Assembly (NCBI GenBank): GCA_963787125.1
Contig: CAWBBV010000011.1
Span: 160,001 to 224,000 of the forward strand
Length of the DNA stretch: 64,000 nucleotides
From: an uncultured delta proteobacterium
Lineage (GTDB): Bacteria; Desulfobacterota; Desulfuromonadia; Geobacterales; DSM-12255
Direction of reading: 5' to 3'
The translations under genes and the position numbers were made by a program. Positions 8,704-19,091 of the stretch are shown here, one piece after another (position 1 is the stretch's first letter; the number at the start of each line of letters is the position of its first letter). The notes below the pieces were generated by a model that was not told the DNA's origin, ran no database searches, and was given only the letters and a program-made list of their open reading frames with translations.

Positions 8704-9338
8704 AGATGCTCCGTTACACCCTTTTGTCCGACGGCAGCTCCGACAGGATGTTGATGCCGATCCTTGACTGGCTGTTGTGTCAGCACTGTGTGGAACACGC
8801 AGTAGAATCCGCTTGGGCCGACCTTGGCAGACTTCCACAGCCGCCGAAGACATTACCGGACAAAATAAGAGTGACACTGGATCTATATCCATGCGACCTT
8901 TTGTTTATTCATCGTGACGCTGAAAAAGTACCTTTTGAAACACGCCATGCCGAGATAACCAAAGCACTTGACGGACTAGAAATACCACCCGCAATTTGCG
9001 TGATTCCGGTCAGGATGCAGGAAGCATGGCTCCTGTTTGACGAGTCGGCATTACGAAGAGCGGCGGGTAACCCGAACGGCAGAAACGATCTGGTTCTCCC
9101 GGATACAAGATCAACGGAAAGCATTCCCGACCCCAAGGGGCTTCTCTTCAATATTATCCGTGAGTCGAGCGGTCGCCACGGTGCCAGGCTTAAAAAGTTG
9201 AATCTTCATAAATGCGCATTTCTCGTATCTCAGTCCATTGAAGATTTTTCTCCCCTCCGGTCAATTAAATCATTTCAGGCCTTGGAAGCTCAGCTCAAAA
9301 ATGATCTTGTCGCCAATGGATGGACGTCTGGTTCATAA
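8700..9338 (+). CDS. DUF4276-like (TOPRIM-related) partner of the ATPase
   Basis: LLSDGSSD, LFIHRDAE and PVRMQEAWLL acidic motifs; ATGA coupling with the ATPase gene. Confidence 0.6.
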   Translation: MKMLRYTLLSDGSSDRMLMPILDWLLCQHCVEHAVESAWADLGRLPQPPKTLPDKIRVTLDLYPCDLLFIHRDAEKVPFETRHAEITKALDGLEIPPAICVIPVRMQEAWLLFDESALRRAAGNPNGRNDLVLPDTRSTESIPDPKGLLFNIIRESSGRHGARLKKLNLHKCAFLVSQSIEDFSPLRSIKSFQALEAQLKNDLVANGWTSGS

Positions 9339-9412
9339 CCGATGTTCTTCTGACTTTGTTCCTTAACCGCAACCGTTAATTTTAACACTACTGTCTGTGA
9401 AGAACTATATCC

Positions 9413-9613
9413 ATGCCCAGAAAAACAACCAAAGCAATCATTCCGCCCCATAAATCCACCTTCGAACAGATCCGCCACGCCAACAACACCGGCAACGAAT
9501 ACTGGTCAAGCCGGGATTTCGCCAAGGTTCTGGATTACAGCGACTACAGCAACTTCGAACAGGTCATCGCCAAGGCCCGTACTGCCTGCTTCAACAGCGG
9601 TCAGCGGATATGA
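9413..9613 (+). pseudogene. dinD: Truncated 5' fragment of DinD (Bro-N-like)
   Basis: STFEQIRH...GNEYWSSRDFAKVLDYSDYSNFEQVIAKARTACFNSG, ending abruptly at the ATG of the next gene. Confidence 0.75.
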
Positions 9614-10494
9614 TCAAAACAGCAGTTGCTCTCAGCCTCCTTTTTTCTCTTTACGCAAGCGCTTATGCGGCTGAGCCGCTGTTCGCCGTTGCCGTGACGG
9701 CTACCCCGGTTCTTAACACTTCTGACTTCAAAGCAGTTTTTGGCGGCATTGACGGCAACTCGCTCCAAAAGGATAACTGCGGTCAGCTGCGCGCCCTTGA
9801 GTTTATTGCCCTCCCCGGCACTCTTTTTACCATTGAAGCTGAGTTAAAGAACCGCGCAGGGAGCATTTTCAAGGTTACCAGCGCCGATTACCCCTATCCT
9901 TCAAAAAGCGGATATTACATTGACAGCCGCTCGGTGCGGATCGAAAAGACCAAACCGGCTGAAAGAGTCGCAGAACTCCCGACAATAAACGCGATAATAG
10001 CCACTCTTAAAAAAAGGGTCGGCAGCCGTTATGTGTGGGGAGGCAACAAGCTTGATGGTGTTGCCGAAATCCCTTTATGGTATCCTCCAACAGCAAAAGC
10101 GAATCTCAGTCGTGCCGATATAAGCTTTTGGAAACTTGCCGGGGTCGACTGTTCCGGGTTACTATATGAAGCGACCGGCGGCTTCACGCCGCGCAACACC
10201 AGCGCTCTGATCAACTTCGGGAACGGGGTAGATATAGCCGGCAAGAGCCGGCAAGAGATAGCTGTCGCACTTAAGCCGCTAGATCTGATCGTCTGGCCGG
10301 GGCACGTGCTGATCGTCATTGACGGCGGCAACGTCATCGAGAGCCGGCTCGTCTGCGCTGAACCGGACAAAGGGGTACGTATCCGCCCCAGTAGTGAGGC
10401 ATTAAGGGATATCATGAAGCAGCACAGGCCTGTTGACAGCATTAGAAACAGCGGGAAAGAGTTTGTCGTCAGAAGGTGGTATCTGCAGCAGTAG
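9610..10494 (+). CDS. Secreted NlpC/P60-family peptidoglycan peptidase
   Basis: Signal peptide; YVWGG, GVDCSGL (catalytic C), WPGHV (catalytic H). Confidence 0.8.
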   Translation: MIKTAVALSLLFSLYASAYAAEPLFAVAVTATPVLNTSDFKAVFGGIDGNSLQKDNCGQLRALEFIALPGTLFTIEAELKNRAGSIFKVTSADYPYPSKSGYYIDSRSVRIEKTKPAERVAELPTINAIIATLKKRVGSRYVWGGNKLDGVAEIPLWYPPTAKANLSRADISFWKLAGVDCSGLLYEATGGFTPRNTSALINFGNGVDIAGKSRQEIAVALKPLDLIVWPGHVLIVIDGGNVIESRLVCAEPDKGVRIRPSSEALRDIMKQHRPVDSIRNSGKEFVVRRWYLQQ

Positions 10495-10496
10495 AG

Positions 10497-11261
10497 CTAT
10501 CTTTTAAGCCGCTCCTCTATGGCCTTTTTCTGGGCTGATGAAAGCCGGTTGGAAGAGAGCAGCCGCTTGATATCAGGGGCTTTCATCCCCGGCAACCAGA
10601 GTGTAAACCAGATCAGGGGCGTTTTCGGGTTGGTCAGAATTGCCTCCCGCAGATTGGGCCGGTTCTGCCAGCGGGGATGACGGGCAATCATGGAGATTGT
10701 TTCAGCGGTTGCTGAGCCGCTGCGCAGGAACTGAAACAGCGCCCCCTCTTTCAGCCGTGGATTTGAGAAGCATATTTCCAAAAGATGTGGATCGCTATCC
10801 TTTAAAAGCGCCTCCAGAATTGCAGGAGTGGCCCGCCTTGCCAGGGTCAGCTTGTTGCCGAGCGGCGTCAGCGGCAACCGCTGGATGATTACCCGTTCGG
10901 CGGCGAACTTCTGGTCAGGGGTGATTTCGGGGAGATAGCAGAGATTCAGCAGTTCGAACAGGTAGAGTTGCGGCAGTAATGCAATAAGCTGGGAAGCGGG
11001 GGTGTTTGGATGCCGAGCCAGGGCGACTTTCAGGTTGTGGCTCGACTCTGCCAGCGGCTGCCTGCAGATACTCTTTAAGACGTCTTCGCCCAGATCCCGC
11101 CGTTTCAGGATGGCAATGAGGTGATTTTCACCAGTAACCGGATTTTTCAATACAGCCTGCAAAAGATCGGGAGAAGCCTGGGGAATAATCCCCAAGAGCT
11201 CTTCACCAGAACCTTTGAGTGCTTTCTGAAACAGCTCAACAGTGGTCTTGTCAAAATTCAT
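10497..11261 (-). CDS. Conserved alpha-helical repeat hypothetical protein
   Basis: Repeated LARHPNTP / LTNPKTP / FSNPRL motifs. Confidence 0.65.
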   Translation of the reverse strand: MNFDKTTVELFQKALKGSGEELLGIIPQASPDLLQAVLKNPVTGENHLIAILKRRDLGEDVLKSICRQPLAESSHNLKVALARHPNTPASQLIALLPQLYLFELLNLCYLPEITPDQKFAAERVIIQRLPLTPLGNKLTLARRATPAILEALLKDSDPHLLEICFSNPRLKEGALFQFLRSGSATAETISMIARHPRWQNRPNLREAILTNPKTPLIWFTLWLPGMKAPDIKRLLSSNRLSSAQKKAIEERLKR

Positions 11262-11359
11262 TTCTAGCCCTGACAAACAGGATAAGTACGTTAACGAAGT
11301 TGGTTTCTGCCTAAAATACAGAGGAAATAACTTCTAACTCGCTAAAGGATATCATTACT

Positions 11360-12055
11360 ATGGAAAACCTGCAAACCCTCCGCAAGTCACTCCTCTTCTC
11401 CGGACTGGATGAAGAGTATCTCCTGCAAGTAGCCTCAATCTCCCACCGCCGCAGCTTTGCCAAAGGGGAAACAATCTTTGCTGAAGGGGAACCGGCCATC
11501 GGCTTCTATCTCCTGGCAAAAGGGGGGGTAAAACTCTGCAAGATATCCCCTGACGGTCGAGAAAAGGTGCTGCATTTTGTGCACCCCGGAGAAACCTTTG
11601 CTGAAGCGGCGTTTTTTGGTGATGGCCGTTATCCGGCCGAAGCCAGGGGCCTGGAGGCAGGTGAGCTCCTGATGTTCCCCAAAGAAGGTTTTATGGGCCT
11701 TTTGGAACGCAATCCGAAGTTTTCCCTCAACCTGATCATCTCGCTCTCACTCCTGTTGCGCCGCTTCGCCAGACAGATCGAGGAGCTCTCTTTTGCTGAA
11801 GTTCCGAACCGTCTGGCGACCTATCTGCTTGAACTGTCAGAGCGGAAATCGACCTCATATCAGGGGAAAAATTACATTGATCTTGATATGAAGAAAGGTG
11901 AACTGGCATCCAGGCTCGGCACTGTCAGCGAAACCCTGTCGCGTGCCTTCAGAAAACTCAAGGAGGAGAATATCCTGGAAGTTGACGGCAGCAGGGTCGT
12001 TGTTCTGAATATGCCGGCACTGACAAGGCTCGCCACAACAAACTCAAAAGGGTGA
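11360..12055 (+). CDS. Crp/Fnr family transcriptional regulator
   Basis: cNMP-binding fold (GETIFAEGE, PGETFAE) and HTH ELASRLGTVSETLSR. Confidence 0.92.
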   Translation: MENLQTLRKSLLFSGLDEEYLLQVASISHRRSFAKGETIFAEGEPAIGFYLLAKGGVKLCKISPDGREKVLHFVHPGETFAEAAFFGDGRYPAEARGLEAGELLMFPKEGFMGLLERNPKFSLNLIISLSLLLRRFARQIEELSFAEVPNRLATYLLELSERKSTSYQGKNYIDLDMKKGELASRLGTVSETLSRAFRKLKEENILEVDGSRVVVLNMPALTRLATTNSKG

Positions 12056-12113
12056 TGGACTTTTCCTGTGGGCTTTGTTAGTTTGATCCAATTTCAAGCT
12101 TTCAGGACTTCTC

Positions 12114-13658
12114 ATGCTGACTATTTCCAGATTTTTCGGGTTCAATTTCACCAAAACCCTCAGAGCCAGCTTCAGGGTCAGGCTCTTTACCGGCATAACT
12201 ACCGTGATTCTGGTGGTCTGCAGCGGCTTTGCATCCCTGCTCGTCTACCAGCAGTACCAGTCGCAGTTGGACAAAAGAGCCAGTGAAGGGAGCCTGATGG
12301 CAAAGCTCCTGGCACGGGATGTCCGCTTGGCTGTTTTTTCCGGCAACAGGGACGAAGTCCTTTTGGCAGCAAGAGGGACGATGTCGCTCCCTGAAGTTCA
12401 AAGTGTCGAGATATATGATCGCAACAATATGCTTATCGCTCGACTGGCGACACCGATGGAAGCTGGGGGGCGTTACTCCACCTTTAAGGAGCTGATCCCC
12501 GGCCTGCTCAACATAGATATGGAGAAATCCCTATTTGTCGGTAAAAGCTGGGGAGGCAATCCTGACGCCGCTGTCGGCTCTGTCAAGGTGGTGGTTGACG
12601 AATCAAAGAGCGGCAATCGCCTGCAAAAACTCATCTACATGATGGTTCTGGCAACAACGCTCTTTCTGGCCTTTGGAATTATTGCTGCTTTTCTGCTTGC
12701 CAAGAGCATGACCAGACCGATTTCCGAGCTTTCCGCCTGTGCCGCAGCGCTAAAAGATGGCGACGACACTGTGCGGGCGCCGATTGAGACTTCAGACGAA
12801 ATCGGCCAACTGGCGGCCTCCTTCAACAGCATGGTTGAAGCTATAAGGATGCGGACAAAAGATCTTGAAGAGGCCCTTGAAGAGCTTTATCACCTGAATC
12901 TTGTTCTTGAAGACAAGGTGGATAAAAGAACCGTCCAACTTGAAAGTGCCAACCGGGAACTAGAGTCGTTCAACTATTCTGCCTCCCACGACCTTAGAGC
13001 CCCCCTGAACCGCCTTGCCGGCTTCTGCACAGCCCTCAGGGAGGAGTACGGCGACAAACTGGATGAGCAGGGACTTCACTATCTCAGCAGAATAGCTGCT
13101 ACCGGTGAACAGATGAATCTGGTTCTCTCCGCAATGCTGACGCTCTATCAGGTGCAACAGCGGGAAATGAGCCCAAGAGCTCTTGATATCAGCGAACTGG
13201 TCGGTGCGGTGGCAGCGTCACTGAAACAGAGAGAGACCGACCGGCAGGTTCAGTTCCTGATTCAGGAAAATGTGGCAGTTTACGGTGACATGAAGCTTAT
13301 CTGGCTGGCACTGGAAAACCTGCTCGGCAACTCCTGGAAGTTTACCAAAGAAAACCCGGACGCACTGATTGAATTCGGCGAGACGATCCAGAACGGCGAA
13401 ACGGTCTGTTTTGTAAGGGATAATGGCGCAGGATTCGACATGAACTATTACGACAAGCTTTTCACCCCCTTTCAGCGGCTCCACAACTACGAAGAGTATC
13501 CAGGAACAGGCATCGGCCTGGCAATCGTCCAGCGGATAATCTCGCGGCATGGCGGCAAAATCTGGCTCGAAAGTGCTGTAGGGGCTGGTACAACCTGTTT
13601 TTTCATTCTTCCTGGAATGAGCGCTATGGCGCACACGCCAGCTGAAGGTAACGGCTAA
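12114..13658 (+). CDS. HAMP sensor histidine kinase
   Basis: 2 TMs, HAMP (DEIGQLAASFNSM), H-box SHDLRAPL, NLLGNSWKF, DNGAGF, GTGIGL. Confidence 0.93.
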   Translation: MLTISRFFGFNFTKTLRASFRVRLFTGITTVILVVCSGFASLLVYQQYQSQLDKRASEGSLMAKLLARDVRLAVFSGNRDEVLLAARGTMSLPEVQSVEIYDRNNMLIARLATPMEAGGRYSTFKELIPGLLNIDMEKSLFVGKSWGGNPDAAVGSVKVVVDESKSGNRLQKLIYMMVLATTLFLAFGIIAAFLLAKSMTRPISELSACAAALKDGDDTVRAPIETSDEIGQLAASFNSMVEAIRMRTKDLEEALEELYHLNLVLEDKVDKRTVQLESANRELESFNYSASHDLRAPLNRLAGFCTALREEYGDKLDEQGLHYLSRIAATGEQMNLVLSAMLTLYQVQQREMSPRALDISELVGAVAASLKQRETDRQVQFLIQENVAVYGDMKLIWLALENLLGNSWKFTKENPDALIEFGETIQNGETVCFVRDNGAGFDMNYYDKLFTPFQRLHNYEEYPGTGIGLAIVQRIISRHGGKIWLESAVGAGTTCFFILPGMSAMAHTPAEGNG

Positions 13659-14059
13659 TGAGTGCGATCTCAATACTGCTTGTGGAAGATAATGAAGACG
13701 ACCGCTTTCTGACTATCAGAATGATCAAAAAACTGCCGCTATCGCTAAAAATAGAGATCGCAAAGAATGGCAACGACGCCTTACAGCGAATTCTGGGGGA
13801 TGAATCATCGCAACAGGCTCTCCCGGCATTGATCCTGCTTGATCTTCAGCTTCCCAAAATAGGCGGCATAGACCTGTTGACGAGCATCCGTGAGAAATTC
13901 AACACCAGGCAGCTGCCGGTTATTATTCTCAGCTCTTCTGACAATCCGGGCGATATCGCACTCTGTAAGGAACTTGGCATCAATGGCTATCTTTCGAAGC
14001 CGCTCGAACTTGCCTCCCTTGATGAAATCAAGAAAACAATCACCCCGTTATCCTGCTGA
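13658..14059 (+). CDS. Single-domain response regulator
   Basis: ILLVEDN, LLDLQLP, LSKP. Confidence 0.9.
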   Translation: MSAISILLVEDNEDDRFLTIRMIKKLPLSLKIEIAKNGNDALQRILGDESSQQALPALILLDLQLPKIGGIDLLTSIREKFNTRQLPVIILSSSDNPGDIALCKELGINGYLSKPLELASLDEIKKTITPLSC

Positions 14060-14099
14060 AGCCACCCATAGCAGCCCCAAGCCAGACATACTGATCAGT

Positions 14100-14423
14100 T
14101 CAGAGATCAGTGCCAGGAGGATTTTTTATATGCAGTTGACAATGCAGGCATTTGCGAAGGACTAAAAATGTCATCCCGTTAAGATGGAAATAGTTACCAC
14201 AGCGCGGACATTTGCTTAGTGCCACAAGAAAAGAGACTATAACTAAAACCAAAACCCAGATAACAAACAGGGTCCCCATGGCTCTGTTGGATGGAGAAAT
14301 CTCGTAGGTAATTAATAAAGCCGGTATATATACCAGCACAGTGACGAAAAAATATTTGCGGCGCCTTCTTGTCTGTTTCATCACTTTCCGGTACATAACC
14401 GGATCTACCTGACCATTATCCAC
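14100..14423 (-). CDS. Small membrane protein with a C-terminal Zn-ribbon
   Basis: 2 TMs followed by CPRC...CLHC; GGAGG RBS before the GTG start. Confidence 0.65.
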   Translation of the reverse strand: MDNGQVDPVMYRKVMKQTRRRRKYFFVTVLVYIPALLITYEISPSNRAMGTLFVIWVLVLVIVSFLVALSKCPRCGNYFHLNGMTFLVLRKCLHCQLHIKNPPGTDL

Positions 14424-14459
14424 TCATACCCTCCAACTGTTCTCTCAAATATACCCCAT

Positions 14460-14693
14460 CTACCTTTTCTTTCTGAACAGGAAATACCAGATCGAAAAAA
14501 TAGAACCGCCAAGTGCTATAAACAGGAGATACGGTATAACAATGGTTATGCGGTGATCAACCAGTAATCGAAATACATCAGGAAAGTACGAGGGGACAAG
14601 ACAGACAACAATAATACAAACGCAACAAACAAGCGTGATGAATGAACTTACGACATGAGACTTTACATAGAAGCTTTCGTCCGACTTCCACAT
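14460..14693 (-). CDS. Small 2-TM hypothetical protein
   Basis: Hydrophobic ORF with an AGGAGAGG RBS. Confidence 0.55.
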   Translation of the reverse strand: MWKSDESFYVKSHVVSSFITLVCCVCIIVVCLVPSYFPDVFRLLVDHRITIVIPYLLFIALGGSIFSIWYFLFRKKR

Positions 14694-14767
14694 GACAAAA
14701 CCTCTCCTTTAACCCTCATCGCATCAGGGCGCGAATCTTACACCGATTCGCACCACGTAGCCGATGA

Positions 14768-14983
14768 CTACTTCACCTCAGTTTTCACCTTATCCTTGGT
14801 AGTGAACCCCTTAAGCAAACCAATGATCAACACGACAGCCGGGACTAACTGGCCGACTACAATCATTGCGAAAAAACCGAGGAAGATCCAGACGAAAACC
14901 CCATCATCTCCCGGAGGGGCAGTTTCAGCCGCAAACAGCGTAGCGGGGGCCATTGTTCCCATCAATATTGCTAATGCTCTCAT
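14768..14983 (-). CDS. Small membrane protein, paralog of 19368-19622
   Basis: IFLGFFAMIVVGQLVPAVVLIIGLLKG motif; leader AAAAGGAGAACGTCATG nearly identical to that of 19368. Confidence 0.75.
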   Translation of the reverse strand: MRALAILMGTMAPATLFAAETAPPGDDGVFVWIFLGFFAMIVVGQLVPAVVLIIGLLKGFTTKDKVKTEVK

Positions 14984-15080
14984 GACGTTCTCCTTTTAGA
15001 AAGTTGGATTTTTCTTCCTAACCTACTCTTTTGTTTTCCGGAGCAGAGTTCCGAACTGTACTCATCTACTCATCTAAACA

Positions 15081-15095
15081 GCATCAATTGTGCCG
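15081..15095 (-). promoter_or_regulatory. sigma54 -24/-12 promoter
   Basis: Minus strand CGGCAC-AATTG-ATGC (GG-N10-GC), about 100 nt upstream of 14983. Confidence 0.65.
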
Positions 15096-15421
15096 AAAGA
15101 TTCTCGACAGAAAACATGAAGCTGGAGTGCAATAATTTCAGCTTGTTAAGCACTACCATGAAAATAAAATAATTTTTTTGTTTTCTAACGCCGGTGTAAA
15201 GTATAGAAAAGTTATACTTAACCTAATTTTCCCGGGGTGGGAATACCTGCTTGAAAAGCCTTCATCTACCACTGAAAACAAGATAATGGTGCCAGCAAGC
15301 TGATTTTACAGTACATCAACGCAGTAAATTAATTCGGATTTGCTCATAGTACCAGCGAAAAGCATCTGTATATGGTTTCTAAACATGCCTTCTAACCGAT
15401 GAATTACATGGGACTTGATGC

Positions 15422-16981
15422 ATGAAAATTCGCATTTCACTTATCGCAAAACTAACCTTTGCCACCTCACTTATCCTGCTTGTGTTCATGGGATTGCTGG
15501 ACAATATCAATCTTAAAACCGTCAGAAAGCTCATGATAGATTACGCTGCATCGAATGCGGAAGAAGTCGCTGACGTAATCACACAGAGCGCTTATGACGC
15601 CATGATGAAGAATGATAAAACAGCCATCCATCATATGATTGGAAGAATTGCAAAAAGTGTCAATATTGATCATATCCGCTTAATTGATAAAAAAGGGAAA
15701 GTGGTATTTTCAAGCTTGGACGAGGAAATCGGGTCCTTCATAGGCAAGCATACTGAAGAGTGCGTCATCTGCCACTATTATGCAAGTACCGACGAAACTA
15801 CATCTGCATCTAACAACAGCCGGATCATTGTTAACAGCGCCGGGAAAGAAACTCTCGGCTTTACAAAGGCAATTTATAATCAATCAGCCTGCTTTACTGC
15901 CCCTTGCCATTTTCATAGCAAAAACGACACGGTACTGGGACTCCTCGATATATCAATTTCCCTGGAAACGCTCAGACAAAAATCCCGAGAATACCGCCTT
16001 GTATTTGTAATATTAACATGCATGCTCCTGTTGTTGTTCGGCATGCTGGTAATCATTCTGACTCATTATCTTATCGATGTTCCGGTCGGAAGGCTTGTGC
16101 AGCAGAGCACACAAGTCGCTCTGGGAAATTTTGAATCACGGGTTCCAGTCACAAGCAGGGATGAATTAGGAGAATTAGCCGAAGCGGTAAATGAAATGAC
16201 CGAAAGCCTTGGGAGGGCAGACAAAGAATTGAAGGGCTGGGCGGACAGCCTTGAAAGCAAGGTCGAAGAAAGAAGTAGGGCAATAATGCTAATGGAAGAA
16301 CAGTTACGGCACTCGGAGAAAATGGCTTCTATCGGTACTCTGGCAGCCGGAGTTGCCCATGAAATCAACAACCCTTTAACCGGCATCCTGCTGTATGCCT
16401 CAATCCTTAATAGTGACAAAAGACTAGATCCAGCCTTGTTACCCGATGTGGAGAGAGTCATTTCCGAGACCCGAAGGTGTGCCGGCATCGTTAAAAATCT
16501 ACTTGAATTCAGCCGGGAATCTTTGCCTGAAAAAGAAGCTATTTCCCTTGAAACAATTCTGGATGATGTGATCAATTTTTTTCACAATCAGCCGGAATTC
16601 AGCAAGATCGCCATCCGGAAAAATTACGATAGTTGTCTGCCGCAGATATCAGTTGATCCCAATCAGATTCGGCAAGTGTTCATGAACCTGCTTATTAATG
16701 CCGGCCATGCCATGCCAGCGGGAGGGGATCTGGAGATATCTACGTTTTGGTCGGCAGACGGTAAGTATGTATGTGCGGATATTAAAGATAACGGTGATGG
16801 TATTCCTGAAGAAAATCTTGCCAGGATTTTTGATCCATTTTTTACAACCAAACCTGACGGCACTGGACTCGGACTGGCAATTTCCTACGGTATTATTGAA
16901 AACAATGGCGGGAAAATAGAGGTAAAAAGCACACCGGGTTGGGGGGCAGAATTTATTGTCATGCTCCAGGCCTCAAGATGA
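15422..16981 (+). CDS. Sensor histidine kinase with a periplasmic heme c-binding domain
   Basis: Periplasmic CVICH and CFTAPCH motifs; [25 protein letters not shown]. Confidence 0.9.
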   Translation: MKIRISLIAKLTFATSLILLVFMGLLDNINLKTVRKLMIDYAASNAEEVADVITQSAYDAMMKNDKTAIHHMIGRIAKSVNIDHIRLIDKKGKVVFSSLDEEIGSFIGKHTEECVICHYYASTDETTSASNNSRIIVNSAGKETLGFTKAIYNQSACFTAPCHFHSKNDTVLGLLDISISLETLRQKSREYRLVFVILTCMLLLLFGMLVIILTHYLIDVPVGRLVQQSTQVALGNFESRVPVTSRDELGELAEAVNEMTESLGRADKELKGWADSLESKVEERSRAIMLMEEQLRHSEKMASIGTLAAGVAHEINNPLTGILLYASILNSDKRLDPALLPDVERVISETRRCAGIVKNLLEFSRESLPEKEAISLETILDDVINFFHNQPEFSKIAIRKNYDSCLPQISVDPNQIRQVFMNLLINAGHAMPAGGDLEISTFWSADGKYVCADIKDNGDGIPEENLARIFDPFFTTKPDGTGLGLAISYGIIENNGGKIEVKSTPGWGAEFIVMLQASR

Positions 16982-17018
16982 CGATAATCCAGTTTTGAAT
17001 CGGAACTGTACGCTACTG

Positions 17019-18437
17019 TCAGTGCTGTCCTTTTACCGAAATACCCAGTTTTTTCATCATACTCTGGAAATTAGGCCTCAGTATGCCCGTCTGTTCGGCC
17101 GCTCTGGTGACATTCCAGTTGTTACGTTCGAGGGCCTTTTGTACGAATACGCTTTCCAGTGAGTCCATAGCATGCTCTCTGATATGACGCTTCATCTCCT
17201 TGAGCTCTTCAGTGTTCAATGGAACGCGGTCTACAATGCTGTCCATGTTAGTTGAACTCGTCTCCTTACTGTCCCAAAGTTCAAGATCTTCATTACGGAT
17301 AATATCAACTTCTGCCAGCACTACTGCACGCTCGATCATGTTTTCCAGCTCGCGTACATTCCCCGGGTAGGAGTAATTTTCCAGAAAGCTCATTACATCC
17401 GGCGCAACTCGGCTGATATTCTTACCTATCTCCGCGGAATACTTTTTCAGAAAATAATGGATCAATACCGGAATATCCTGCCTGCGCTCACGAAGCGGAG
17501 GTAATTCGATTGGAATTATATTGAGCCGAAAGAAAAGATCTTCCCGGAAAGAGCCTTCGTTTACCATAGTTCTGAGATTTTTGTTTGTCGCCGCAACAAG
17601 ATGAATATCTATTGGCACTAGCTGTGTACCACCAATAGGAGTGATTTTCCGTTCCTGCAGGACTCGCAGGAGTTTTGCCTGAGTTGACAGGCTGATATTT
17701 GAAACTTCATCCAGAAATAGAGTGCCGCCGTCAGCGACTTTGAACAGGCCGGTCTTTGTCTGCACAGCGCCGGTAAAAGATCCTTTAACATGGCCGAACA
17801 GTTCGCTCTCCAGTAATGTTTCTGCCAGTGAGGAGCAATCTACTGCAACAAAATGCTTTTCTTTTCTGGAACCGGTTTCATGTATTGCACGAGCGGCCAG
17901 CTCCTTGCCTGTGCCGCTTTCGCCGCTTATAAGCACTGTACTGCTGGAGGCGGCAACCCGCACGATCCTTTGATAAACTTTCTGCATCTCCTTGCTTTCA
18001 CCTATAAAACCATGAAACCCGAGGTGCAGACTAATCTCATTTTTTAGACACGGTTTATCCGGAGAACGACCGCGCTGTTTAAGGGCGTTATGCACCATTT
18101 CCAGTAAAAGGTCGGGGGAGAACGGCTTTGAAATATAATCGGCCGCTCCGTTTTTCATGGCCTCTACAGCGGTGTCAATTGAGGCGTAGCCGGTTATTAT
18201 AATAACCGGAATATCTGATTGCAGGGTTTTGACCGCCTTAAGTACCTCAATGCCGTCCATGCCTGGCATCTTCAAATCCGTTATTACCAGTCCATAGTCT
18301 TTTTTCTGAAGCTGTTCAATTGCCTTATGACCGCTGCTGCAAGTCTCCACCTCAAAATTATCCCCCTCAAGAACGCGTTTTATGCCATCACGGATCACCG
18401 CCTCATCATCAACAACAAGGAAGACTATCTTATCCAT
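17019..18437 (-). CDS. NtrC-family sigma54-dependent response regulator
   Basis: REC domain (VVDDE, TDLKMP), GESGTGKE, GSFTGA, YPGNVRELEN, Fis HTH. Confidence 0.93.
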   Translation of the reverse strand: MDKIVFLVVDDEAVIRDGIKRVLEGDNFEVETCSSGHKAIEQLQKKDYGLVITDLKMPGMDGIEVLKAVKTLQSDIPVIIITGYASIDTAVEAMKNGAADYISKPFSPDLLLEMVHNALKQRGRSPDKPCLKNEISLHLGFHGFIGESKEMQKVYQRIVRVAASSSTVLISGESGTGKELAARAIHETGSRKEKHFVAVDCSSLAETLLESELFGHVKGSFTGAVQTKTGLFKVADGGTLFLDEVSNISLSTQAKLLRVLQERKITPIGGTQLVPIDIHLVAATNKNLRTMVNEGSFREDLFFRLNIIPIELPPLRERRQDIPVLIHYFLKKYSAEIGKNISRVAPDVMSFLENYSYPGNVRELENMIERAVVLAEVDIIRNEDLELWDSKETSSTNMDSIVDRVPLNTEELKEMKRHIREHAMDSLESVFVQKALERNNWNVTRAAEQTGILRPNFQSMMKKLGISVKGQH

Positions 18438-19004
18438 ATAACTTCCCCCAATTCAGCCCTATAAAATCAAGATACTTAAGTTTACTAAACGTTATTTACG
18501 GATAACATCTTAAATAGTCGCCCCGGTTTCACAAAACCTGGTGCATGCTTTACCCGACCAATCGTACTCCTTACTGAAACCCCCAGTCAATAGTTTACAT
18601 ATTTTAATTTTACCAAAGCACATTTAAGCTTGCCAATGAACTCTATTGAACCAACATCGCAAAATGAACCCGTGTCTCCACCCAGCATAAAACTCATTTT
18701 ATGATGTTAGCTAAAGTTTCGAACCTTTCTGAACAGACAGTTATCCCTGTGAGATTTCAACATTCACCGTGGCAAGTGTATACATTTAATATGCATTAGA
18801 ATTAAACCAACATGACGTTTTAATGCACGATATCGAAAGGTTGCACATTAATGCAATTTAATTGCATTAATGTGCAATTGTATACTGTCAGCATACTGCA
18901 AATTCCCCCTCCGTCCATTAACACACACAAACATAAACGACTGCAAAGATTATTTACTTTAATTACGGCCAGTTACAGCTTTGCATTCCTGCATTTTCGA
19001 GCTA

Positions 19005-19021
19005 TTGGCACGCCATATGCA
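19005..19021 (+). promoter_or_regulatory. sigma54 -24/-12 promoter
   Basis: TTGGCACGCCATATGCA (GG-N10-GC), upstream of the small-protein/cytochrome operon. Confidence 0.8.
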
Positions 19022-19091
19022 CACATAACTGCATATACATTAATTTTTACTTATACAACCAGATTTACACCTGACATAAAAGGAGGATGCC

